A stretch of DNA of 64,000 bases from Chlorokybus atmophyticus (lineage: Eukaryota > Plantae > Mesostigma and Chlorokybus algae): assembly GCA_009103225.1 (NCBI GenBank), contig RHPI01002048.1, positions 881,036-945,035 of the forward strand. Direction: 5' to 3'. Both the position numbers and the translations under genes were made by a program. The notes under the pieces were generated by a model, which was not told where the DNA came from, made no database searches, and worked only from the letters and a program-made list of their open reading frames with translations. This document shows, one piece after another, positions 35,339 to 46,540 of this stretch (its first letter is position 1; each line of letters starts with the position of its first letter).

Positions 35339-36513
35339 TTTCATATCTCGGATCAAATTACCTAATATTCTTTGACCTCAATACATCATTGCCGGCAAGT
35401 TAGTCACCTGATTCGCGGTCTCAGGTGATGGTGCACAAAACTTGAACACTACGATGCCTTTGCATAAGGCAGGGCGCCATTTGTCTCACATTACGACATG
35501 CCAGACATTGACGATCTTGTTTTCCACAAAAAGATCAAATTTGCAAAAAAATAGACAAAGTTTGTCATACTCATCAGTTGATTACCTGCAACCAACTACT
35601 ACCTCCATATTATTCCATAAAACTATACACCGTGCTGTAGACTCTTGCACGATAAAATCTCGCACTTACATGTATCGTTGTCATCGAGCACGCAATACCG
35701 TATGTGTATTTACTTGTATTCATTTGTTATTGCGGCATGATGTGATAGTAAGCTTTCGCAGGTATATTCACATGGGACGCATACAAGTGGACATGGTATA
35801 CAAGCTCACTATTTCCTTACGCATGAAGTATATATCAATAAATAATAACGATGTGTTCCGAGCTGTAACGATAAGAATGCATACACGATAATTGGTTAAC
35901 ATACCATTGCAATGGTAAAGCTCACCAGTATGTTGACAAGTTGTTATACTCACAACCACCACAAGTAGTGAGTTTAATACAGTTACAACCACAACATTAT
36001 ATGTACAAACACTTCACGACATCAAGCTGAGTTTATTATTGAAAGATCGACATGTATACCTACGCAAATCATGTGCGTTGAATTCAACACATGTCTTAAT
36101 GCATTGGAGCAAAGTTGTTAAGGTTATTGAATTTACAATGGTATTGAAGGTACATTGTCTTTGCGTAATATTGTACGCTTCAAGTTAAATTTGCATAATG
36201 AATTGACATGATCGTGCACATGGAGTTATACATAAATGCCACCATTGTGATATGACTTTGACCAAGCTTTCAATTTAGAAGGCCTCATTGATTTCGCGAA
36301 AGTCATATGACGCAATGCGCATTTATCGTTGTATGTTGTGCTCATGCCTTATAAGGAGATTTGATTTGTATTGTGCAAAAGCTGAGTTACACGACACAAA
36401 TCTACCCGCAGTAAGCAACAAACGCAACATTGATTATCATGCAATGTATTGCATTGGAGTGTCCTTAGCTATCTTGTTTCCTCCAACATGACAAAGAATA
36501 TTTTATGAAGCCT

Positions 36514-36562
36514 TTAGCTACCGAGTTGCGACTAGGCCCCCTAGTCGCAACTCGGTAGCTAA
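36514..36562. repeat. Perfect 23-bp inverted repeat (3-nt loop)
   Basis: TTAGCTACCGAGTTGCGACTAGG-ccc-CCTAGTCGCAACTCGGTAGCTAA. Confidence 0.95.
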
Positions 36563-37786
36563 TGTCGCGTCGTAGCAGCTAGCTAGCAAACCCTGATCGT
36601 CAGACATAGGTATGCTATGTTTAATGCCGCAGTGCAGCTGGTCGGCGGCGGTGGCGGTGGTGTAGTTGTTGTTGGCGGCGGCGTTTGTATTTCAGCTGAT
36701 CGCTAGTGTGTTTCAATAGATGGCACTGTTTGAAGTGTAGCTGAAGCTTGCAATTGGTAAGTCCCAATTCAAAAAGCTTGGTGCGGTAGGTACGTGAGTG
36801 CTGGCTTTGGGCGGTGGTATGGGCGGCGGTGTGAGCGAGCCATGTCCGTTGAAGCTTGGTGCTTTTGTTAACTGTTAGAATGTACTTGTGGGTTAGTTTC
36901 GACCACAGCGTTTCACTGCTCAGGACATGAAGTCATGTAGTGAGGGTTGGGATGTCCTGGCGGTCCTGCAGGAGGTTTTAAGGAGCACACATGGCGCCAC
37001 CTAACAGGTTATTGTGCTAATGTGTAACTAGTCTTGTATGCGTTAGTCTTGTATGCGTGTATTTGACAGTTGAAATTTGATATCGATGTAATACACAACA
37101 CACGCTACTTGATGCAGCAGTACGATTTTGTACTGGCAAGCATCAAAATCAAAAGGAGCAACACATAAAACTGCATGCACACAGCAATTTGCAGCAACAA
37201 GAGACACTTGCACACACACTCATGTTGCCAACAAGCGGCTTGTGTGTTTACACATGTGATTTCCTGCATGATAAGCACAGTGTACTGCAGCAGGGGAGCT
37301 GCCCCATGGTAAATAATCAGTTGGCATGTATTGGAACACACCCATCATCATTCATGCAATTGCCGCATACAATAGCACATGCATATATGCATACACATAC
37401 ACACAAATGTCGCCTCATTACTCTGTACTTCTTGCAGTTGCTTTAGAATTCAGACGATGCTGTCACAACCGCACCTTAAGCCCTGCACCATGAGGTGTTG
37501 AAGTTCCCAGTCTGCAAGACTGCGCTACTAGTTGTTCAGGTCCATTGCATGCCAGTCCGCATGCTTGAGGTCTTGGAGGTCTAGTAATCTCACTTACTGT
37601 GCGTTACTGGACCTCCAAGATCTCAGGTCGGCGATATCCTCCGTTTTAAAATGCATAAGATCTTAGAGGTCCAGGAACTTCACATTGTATTGAGTGGGTT
37701 GTAAGTTTTGAACACCGTAAACTCACTGTAGCATCTTGCCTTCAGGTGGACTATCAGCCGTATATCAACCGGCTTAGCCAAGGATA

Positions 37787-40700
37787 TTGTCATTATTGTC
37801 AATGTGTGGCAATTCAACCGAGGCAACATCGTCGGTTCTCAAAGACTTGCTGACCAAGCAGCCGTTGCCGCAAGCTGCCGTTCAACAAGATGAAGACCTT
37901 CAGGCTGTTGCCAATGCCCCAGCCCTTCGCACCGTTGCCAAAACGTATCAAGAAGCCTATCAAGAAGTCAGGCACCAAGAACAGAAACCCATCGTCATGC
38001 GCGAGCTGTGCTCTTAGAACTGGTAGCGTTGTTGTTGAAAGTCTTGAATGACGCACGTGTCACGCAGAAGGTCGGTGCACTTCATAACATCAGACGTCAT
38101 CGGTTTTATCAGCTGAAGTCTATCCGGAGTGATTGGAGCCTGAAGCAGCGTAGCAAACGCAAAGACAGTTTGCATGTGGCCATGCGGAATTCAATCCAAC
38201 AATTTTGGCACGAAAATATTAAAGAGTCTGCATCCAAACGATCAAAATAATGATCGAGATGAAGTCACTAACAAGAGGCTGCGCGATATCAAAAACTTAA
38301 AAAGATGTTTGAAAGGCACTACGCACACAGAGCTCTTCCGAATGCTCAAAGAGCAGCACCCGGAAGTTCAAGTACAGCAGCGGTTACTTAAAGCTGAAAC
38401 TGTACTATATCGGAGGACGGGACGTTCGGCATGTTTGTGTTTGTTCAGCACATACAGAGAACAAGGAGATGTGGACGCCCTTACCATTTTTATGCGCCTG
38501 CGGCACAATAATAACTGTCACTGTCCCTGCGATTACTGTGAGGTAAGCAAGCTGGCAGTTACTCGACCCCCAAGATCTTACAAGCCGCCTGCCGCTTACA
38601 TATTGTTAAAAAGATATAGAAGATCTGCGGCTGCAACAATCCTTGCAATCATATTGTCTACAGCAAGTGGCCCGAAAAAGATTTTCAAGCCATCTATCAG
38701 ACGCTGTGAACTCTATCATGTGCCCAAAGGAGCCTGGTGAAGAGTATTATATGAAGCGATGTGTCAAAGGGAAATGCAGTTGGTGTGGCTGGGACAAGCT
38801 TTTTCCGAATTGTGCTACAAAGCTGCACAATTCGGAAAAAGTTGCATCACTACGCGACTATGTCCGTCCCTCTACGGAAAGCAAAAGCCGAGAGGGCGCG
38901 CTGCTGATGGTTCTGCAAAGAAGTACGCGGGGATTTTGCCAAGCAGTCGCTTACTTACTCGGCATTTCGCGTGCGATACTAACCCATGCTGGAAACTTTC
39001 GCTGGCACGCGTTTCTGAGTTCGTGACAAGCTCCTCAGCAACGACAGTGCTTACAGACGTTCAGTCGCGGCACAATTGTCATGATCAATATCTTTTCGGA
39101 GAACTATACCATTCGCCCAAACAACGAGCTAATGCAGTAGCACTTTCAATCCGCTCCTGTAGTAATCCATGTCATAATAGTGCATCGGCACGCGCAGATT
39201 GAGGTCGATGGCATCGAGTCTACATATGAGCCTGTGCGCATGAAAGAGGTAAAGCAGCATGTGTTACGTTAATAGACCTATCATAGCTGACTTGCCCGCT
39301 GATCAGGTTTAACTCAGCCCTATTTCACGCAGGTGCACTTCTTCATAACGGATGACACCATCAAAGACAGCTCTATGGTGCATCATTGCATCATAAGACT
39401 CCTAGGGGGGTATCGGCGCAGGGACATTAATGTGCACAAAATTGTCAGTTGGAGTGATAACTGCAGCATATAATTCAAGTGCGCAAAACAATTTGATTGA
39501 GTAGCAAAGTTTGGAGATACTGTTCCCATTGCATCGGTTGTTGAATGCGAGGACGACCCTGCGACTTATTGTCATATAAAGCCGGAGTGGCATTATCCTT
39601 GCTCTCAACACGTTAAAGGAGAACACAACGGCTAGGAAGGAACATTAAAGCACCTTCTTTACAGGGCAGTGCTGCAGGGAGAACAGATAGTGTATGATAA
39701 GTCCGCAGCACATTACGCTAATGAGAACCTGGGCCGAGGAGCTGTATCCACGTATCTCGAGAAGGCGAGACGTGTGTGCAAAAGCGCTTTTTTCACCTTT
39801 TGGACATTCACAAGGTTGTGCATAATCAAAAGGAAGCAATCACCGGACAATGCCAGGCATTACGAAGTTCCAGGCCGCAAGCGACGGGTGAAGCGGACCG
39901 CTTCATGTCCCGTGCGCTCTGTTGCTTCTGTGCACCATGTGTTGAGGAGCTGCATTCTAGCTGCGTCAACAAGGAGTATGCGGGCAGGTGGAAGCAGAAG
40001 GTGCTCGTGGCTGGAGGTGATGAAGCGGAAGAGGCTGAGCAAGAGGTAAGCATTTCTCAGATTGTGGAAGTGCAGTAGCTGAACATTTAGATTTGCATGA
40101 GATGTTAAATGTAAATAGTTGCCAGCACATGTAGCTGAATGTCATGTGAGACAATGATGAGCCTGCAAGTTAGTGAAGGTTCGGTGTCTTGCTTGCTTGC
40201 TGTCTGTGCACCGTTGTACATGGAAGTTATGAGAAACATTGCTGAGCTTGCAAGTTAATGGACGTTTATGTCGGGTCGAGGGGAGTCGAGGGTCACGCTG
40301 TCTCGGACAGCTGCATGGACAGCCATGCTGTGCTGGACATGCTGCTGCGCCACCTGTGTAGCGCGTAGCAAAAACAGAAAGATGACCTCCACCCTCATGG
40401 TGACAAGTGCTTCGTGCAGCTGGTGTGCTGCTGCTGGGTAGTACGGGCAGATGGAGTCGGTGTTCTCCCTACGAACATGCTGTGCTGTAGCATACAAAGT
40501 CAATAAGCCACTACTATAGGTAGTGCTGTTTACACAGTTCTTTGCGTGAGTGGAAGAGAAATTACACTGTTAAGTGAGGTGAATGAGCAAGCAACACGTG
40601 GATGCTATGCCCTGACTGATGCCAACAGCACACCGCGACCAAGTACACAAAGCTCACAGCAAGGACAAGCACAGTGCACAAGAACATGCACAGGCTCTCA

Positions 40701-41650
40701 CACGGTGAGGGGATTCTTGGGAACCAGGACGGTGTGTTTCGTAGTTCAAGTCGCTTCACAAGCTCTTAGCTTTCTCACTTACAGTGTCACCAGCTGATCC
40801 GGTGAACACTGTGCCTACTTATACAAGTCAACTCATGACTGTCCAAAACATAAGCTAACGGTCATATCGAGGCTATTTCCACAGGAAATTCCCACTCGAT
40901 ATAGAACCTAACTTATAACTGAACTCACAACTGAACAGCTACGCGCGGTGCCTATGTAGGCTATGGTCATGAGCTACTCTAGAGACATGACCTAGCTACT
41001 GGTCAGAGACGCGCGCGGGTTGCCATGCTGGTAAGCCGGGCGAGGGTCTTGCTGTAGGCATGCCCGATGATGACTGGCATGCTTGGGCGATAGGCATAAC
41101 ATTTAGCATCTTGCAATGCGTGCCAATGCAAGCAGGGTACTGCAGTTTCCGTAATCTAAGTGCTTGCTGTCTTGCAGACGCTAATGCTAAACCAAGGGAT
41201 GCTGGCATTGACCTTAAAGAAGGGGGATCTCTTTGTTGTATCTGCAGACATGAGCGGTGTAGATCACAACAGAGATGCACCTTACTGGATTCTTCAACGT
41301 ATGGAGGAGGCAGAAAGAAACTGTCAATCCACAACCCGTGCGGACAGCTACGGCAACAATGTGCTGCTGGACACGCTCCACTTTACAGGAGTATATTTTT
41401 GGCGACTCACGCATCAACATGTCCCAGTTCAAGAGTTGCAAAAACGGTCTTTGTAGTTCCTACTGCCTTAACCCCATGAAAAGGCAAGAGTATCAGCTTA
41501 CTGACTGCGGTGCGCACCCAAGGTCACGTTGGAGCGGGAACACAAGAGTGAACGACTTACTCGCAGTAAGTCCAAGCTGAAGACATGGGAAAGATATAGG
41601 GGAGTCGTTGTTTCGCATACGGGCCGAGCTGCATGAGGCCATCCTTAAGG
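37787..41650 (+). pseudogene. Cys-cluster DDE transposase, probably Sola (Sola2-like), decayed
   Basis: FWHE...RDEVT...TTHTELFRMLKEQHP, CLC, CVKGKCSWCG, GTIV..IFSENY (39090), HFFITDDTIKD..MVHHC, SWSDNCS*FKC, WHY...HVKGEHNG (canonical HGKG..DG), LCCFCAPC, C-terminal LKKGDLFVVS...YWIL...GVYFWR. Many stops and frameshifts. Confidence 0.6.
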
Positions 41651-42951
41651 TGTTGTGAAGTAGATTAGCTAGGGGTGTACAATTGTTTGGCTACCAAGAT
41701 AATGCTAGTTGCTGCAGTGGATGTTGCATCATGTTTTCCGTGTATAATGTGTTGCTGTGGATGTCACTTCATGTATCTTGAAAAGTTGCAAGTAGTGTAA
41801 ATATCATCATGTCTTTATGTAGGAATTAGCTCATTAGTTATGATATGTAATGTGTGCATTCGGGATAGAATCTCGTGCAAGTTGCAAATACAGCTGTTTT
41901 CAGCCTATTATAGGCCCGTTTTTACAACTTTAAAGCATCCAAGCCATTTGCAAAAAGTGCAACCCCAGACCTTGCTACACGCCTGTGGCACAAGGTCTCA
42001 AGCGATACACAAGCGCAATAAATGTGCGCATGAGCATGACCTTTGTAGTACTGCAATCACCACACCAGATAACAACAGACATGGATGCACCGTGTATCCA
42101 TGTTTGTTTTTGTGTTGCGGCGCAATACAGCAAGCGCAATAGCACAACGAGTGTCTATCTCGCGTTTTAAAATGTGTACGCTGCAGTGACAGTAGGACAA
42201 AGCATTACCGCTGTTTAACATAGGGGGGGCTTCCGTGATGTTGCGCTGATCCTGCTTGAGCTCATTAACATGTTTGGCTGTGGCAACTCTAATAGCGGCT
42301 CCGGCAACAGGTCAGAGTGCCTTGCACGAGGCCAATAATGAAGTTGATTATGATTGACTGCTAGGACTATAAGACACAGATGTGGTGAATTGCAGGTTGG
42401 TGGTGAAGAGTTGTGCAACCCGCAGCAATTTGTTTATCACAATGCAAAGCAAGGTTATACCATAATCTCACACAACCATTATAAGCTAATAAGTCCACTG
42501 CATCATATTGCAATTCAAAGAAGAGAAGAAGAGTCGGGAGCATTACATTGTATGGGATGGCGAAGCAATGCACATAGCATAGCACACAGCATGGCATTGC
42601 ACTGCATAGCTACAATGTTGTTATATGCAAAGCAATTTAAGCTTCCCTCAAGCAAGTTACCCACCTGCAATGCCTGCTGGCGCTCCAAGCTGCGTTGTCA
42701 CGCTCCGATACCTCCGCAAAGTTCAGCTGCAAGGTTTGCATGGACAACATTGTAGCACACAAGCAAGCGTGAGTAAGCATTGTCGCCTCAGCTGCAGCAA
42801 CATAACCTGTCACAGCAATCTCAACATGCATGGAAGGGCAAGGGCAGCTTCTTGTTTATCTGCTAGGCAGTCATGCTTGGCCATAAACGGCGTCGGCCTG
42901 GACCATTATGGGCAGCAGGGCCGAAGGAGCAGGCGACATTAATGTACTTGG

Positions 42952-43700
42952 TGTCACGCCTATAAGGCTGGCGAAAGTCATTCTCTGTCCCTTACTTATG
43001 TTGGTATGAAGGGACCAAGTGGGATTTTTCATTCCATAAGCGAGTGTAAGTACTTATGGCGTTTGCTCTTAATCGGTCCGCTTTTGAGCCTGTGTGGGCC
43101 TTGAGTGACGATAAACTACATAAGACATTGATGCTAGGCTAGCACAGAGCTTGTCAATGCCTATGGCATGTGAGCCTTGAGTATCGTATTGTGAGTTGCC
43201 ATCGGTAGGAAGCCAAGTTGGCAAACCACATCATGTGGACTGTTGCAGTGCGATTTGCCATTGATGTGACTGTTGTGAGGCAAATGGTGCCTGTGGGCAT
43301 TCCGCCTGTACATGTGTAAAGGGGAGCTTAAGTTTGCTGCTCCGAGGCAAGATGGTTACTCTTGCATAAACTCGAGGTAGTTGATACTCCTGAGGTAAAG
43401 TTTGTTAGCTCCGATGTTGGAACAAGGTCAGCGCACAGTGACAAGGCCTAGGTGGCCTTGGACATCATGTGCTGGGTCACGAGAGCAGCATGTAATCTAA
43501 ATGCTATGTTGCATCCTTGAGTTGGGACCAAGACATCAGCGTGTTTGCCTTACAAAAGGGCCACTTGTGCATGGGGTGACTGGTCGTTAGCTGTTTAAGG
43601 GGCTCTCCCCCTCATCCCTCGTGGGGTGTGGTGTTGTGGTGTTGTGCACGTGGGTGTGTGCGTACTTGGGGCTAGAGCTGACGGGAGAGGCCGGTGGTCA
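42952..43700 (+). mobile_element. Possible degenerate solo LTR related to the chromovirus LTRs
   Basis: Starts TGTCACG. CCCTTACTTATGTTGGTATGAAGGGACCAAGTGGG resembles CCCTTATTTAGTTAAAAGTAAGGGTCCCAACGGG in LTR A. The end is not defined. Confidence 0.3.
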
Positions 43701-44402
43701 TCCTCTCCTCCCTTGGTGCTAAGTTGCATATTCTCTTGCAAGGTGCTGCACCGGTAACGCTAGTGGGAGTTCCATCTGTAAGTTTAAAGTGCTTATGCAT
43801 AAGTTTGCTAAGGCCCGACCAGCAAGTAGGTAGTGGTATTGTTACATTTGGGGTTTGAGTTGTTGAATGGGGGAGGGGCGGGGATGGAGGGCATGCGCAC
43901 CGCAAATGAGGGGAATGAGGAGGAGTGTAGGGTGAAAGTGTGAATGCACCATTCGTAGTAAACCTGCAGGTCGAAGGGGCGGCTGTGCAGAGACAGCATT
44001 GCCTTCATCAGCTCCACCGTCGCCGCCGTTACCAGCACCTGAGTGACAACGGCTATGGCGACGGCGGTGAGTGTTTGTGCGTGCGTGCATGTAACTATGG
44101 TTCTGTGTGCATCCACACATCTATTTGTAAGCATTTAATATTAACACGCAACTCATGTGCTTTGCTTGTTACATCCGTCACGCTACACCACATGTTAAAA
44201 TGGATTCCATCAGCCTCATAGGTAATTGAAGAGTTCGACCCGTTACCAACCTCGGCTGCAAGAGCTCGTCTTGTATACTCTTGCCATTTTGAAACGGGCA
44301 TCAAAGAGGATTGGGTTGTTATGAGCGACCTCGCTGCCACTTGTTCGACAGGCACAATGGGATAGCTTGATGCAAGGGGAGGGGTAGTTTGTAATAAACC
44401 AA

Positions 44403-44773
44403 AGACACAGACTAATTTCATTGTCTTTGCACACCTTGAGCGAACAGTTGTGTTGACTATGATGTCAGCTACAACAGCGTGTTTGCAGCCTATTGGATAT
44501 GTGCAACTTGATTGCAGCAAGGTTATCTATCTGTTCCGGCGTTATGTGTACAATCTTTACATTGTGCAGGTGGTTGTGTGATATGCAAGGAGAAGGGTAG
44601 TAGGCAATGAACCGACACAGATCAATTTCATTGTTTTTGCACAGATTCAGCGCAGATGTGTGTTGACTATGTTAACTGGACAGCGTGCTTACAGTCTATT
44701 TGATATGTGCACCTGTATACAGCGAGATAATCTATCCGTTCAGCGTTATGCATACAATCTTTGTACTGTGCAG
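44403..44773. repeat. Diverged direct duplication, period ~211 bp
   Basis: GACACAGA..AATTTCATTGT.TTTGCACA...GTGTTGACTATG...TACAATCTTT...TGTGCAGG at 44403 and 44614. Confidence 0.75.
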
Positions 44774-45164
44774 GTGATGATGTAACATTCCGTGGCTGAT
44801 TGATACTATTTTGATTGATTGATATTATTTTCGTAAATATTCAATGTTAACTGTAAGTACCACTGCAACTTGTGTACAATGCACACATTAACCAAGAACT
44901 GCCAAGTGTACATTCCATGCACATCCAGCATTATGTATTTGCTACTGTATCAACCAGTAGCGTACGCAACCAACAAACGAATACCAGACGGAGAGAAGGG
45001 TTGTGCGGCAAGATATGACAACCAGCCAAAAGTACGGTCGTTCATGGCCAGCAAAGTGCACGCGGTGAGGGAGGGTACAAAGTCAAACTCTGATTATATG
45101 TTCAGTGTTGCACACAATACATCTAAGCCCAAGGCCCTACACAGCAACTAAAAAGCAGGCTAGT

Positions 45165-46212
45165 TTACTGGCCGGGGGCGAAGGTGGTGGCGTAGTTCCA
45201 GGCGTTGTTGCCGACGGGGTTAGCCAGATGGTCGAGGAGGTTCTGGTATGGGCCCTTGCCGGTGACGATGGCCTGGACGAAGAATCCGAACATGGAGAAC
45301 ATGGCGAGGCGGCCGTTCTTGATCTCCTTGACCTTGAGCTCGGAGAAGGTGTCGGGGTCGTCAGCCAGACCCAGGGGGTCGAAGTAGCCGCCGGGGTACA
45401 CCTTGTCGAGGCCCTCGCCGGCCGGTCCACCGTTGACACGGTAGGCCTCAGCCAGACCCATGAGCACAACCTGGAAGGCGAGGGTGGCGAGGATGGACTG
45501 GGCGTGAACGAGGTTGGGGTTGCCGAGGTAGTCCAGGCCGCCGGCGGAGAAGATCTGGGAGCCAGCCTTGAACCAGACAGACTCGCCGAAGGAGATGCCA
45601 GCGCTCTTCTCCAGAAGCTCGGGCAAGATGCAGCCCAGAGCGCCGAGCATGGCCCAACGGGCGTGGATCACCTCAATCTCGCGGTAGCTGTGAGATGAGA
45701 CACCGAGTCAGAATCTGCGAGTGCCTGCCACTCATCGCGTGCCTCCGCCACAAGTAGCCCATGCGACCATGCAACCACCAGCCATGACAGTGCAAGCTTC
45801 GGCTATCCCAAACCAGAGGAGCTACCGCAACTAACCCATGCACACGTCGCAATACAAGCGAGGGCAAGCAACAGCCAGACGCTAGCACGGGGCCAGTGGG
45901 GCGGCGGCGTTACCTGGCGAAGGTCTCGGGGTCGGCGGAGAGGCCGGCGGTGTCCCAGCCGTAGTCACCGGGGAACTCTCCGTTGAGGTACGAGGGGGTG
46001 TCGCCGGAGAAGGGGCCGAGGAACTTGACGCGGTCGGGGCCGTACCACATGCTGTCGCCGGACGCGAACTTCTTGGCGCCGGTCTTGCGCATGGTCACCT
46101 TGGCCTCGCCCATGGGGCCGACCTTCTGGACCAGCGCATTCTTGGGCTTGAGCTCGACGCCCGCGCGGGGGGCGACGATGGCAGCGACGGCGGCGGTGGC
46201 GATAGCGGCCAT
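45165..46212 (-). CDS. Lhcb: Major light-harvesting chlorophyll a/b-binding protein (LHCII), 2 exons (45914-46212, 45165-45687), 273 aa
   Basis: Transit peptide, then [68 protein letters not shown]. The GT-AG intron restores frame (299+523 nt); strong GC3 bias. Confidence 0.97.
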
Positions 46213-46339
46213 GGTGACTAGCTGTGCAGGAGAATGCACAACACAACGCTACAACAACCTGCCCTGCAAGCATTGCGACGACAATATATAACACCGCCGG
46301 AGCCTATGCAAAGCGCGAAGATCTGGCGGGCTCGCCCCC

Positions 46340-46540
46340 ATTGGCTGACCCGCGTTGGCCCTGCCCTCCCCGCTTTGCCGGCAGAGATCAGGATAGCGCT
46401 AAATTAGAGCTGGCAGTCACCGATAACCTTCGTGAGCCGACTAACCGATAAGAGTCAATCATGTAACCGGGTACCAGGTATTCGACAAGGGCTTGGTCAG
46501 TGTCGTCGGTTAGAGAGGCCGTAAAGTAGGCCGACCACGT
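46340..46540 (-). promoter_or_regulatory. Candidate Lhcb upstream elements (CCAAT, GATAAG, ACGTGG)
   Basis: Short motifs at 46340-46344, ~46447 and 46535-46540; these could occur by chance. Confidence 0.25.

Noticed and set aside
40110-41000. Insertion or gene inside the Sola-like transposase intron
   Set aside because: No recognisable motifs, terminal repeats or TSD.
45105-45698. 197-aa plus-strand ORF
   Set aside because: Antisense shadow of the GC3-biased Lhcb exon.
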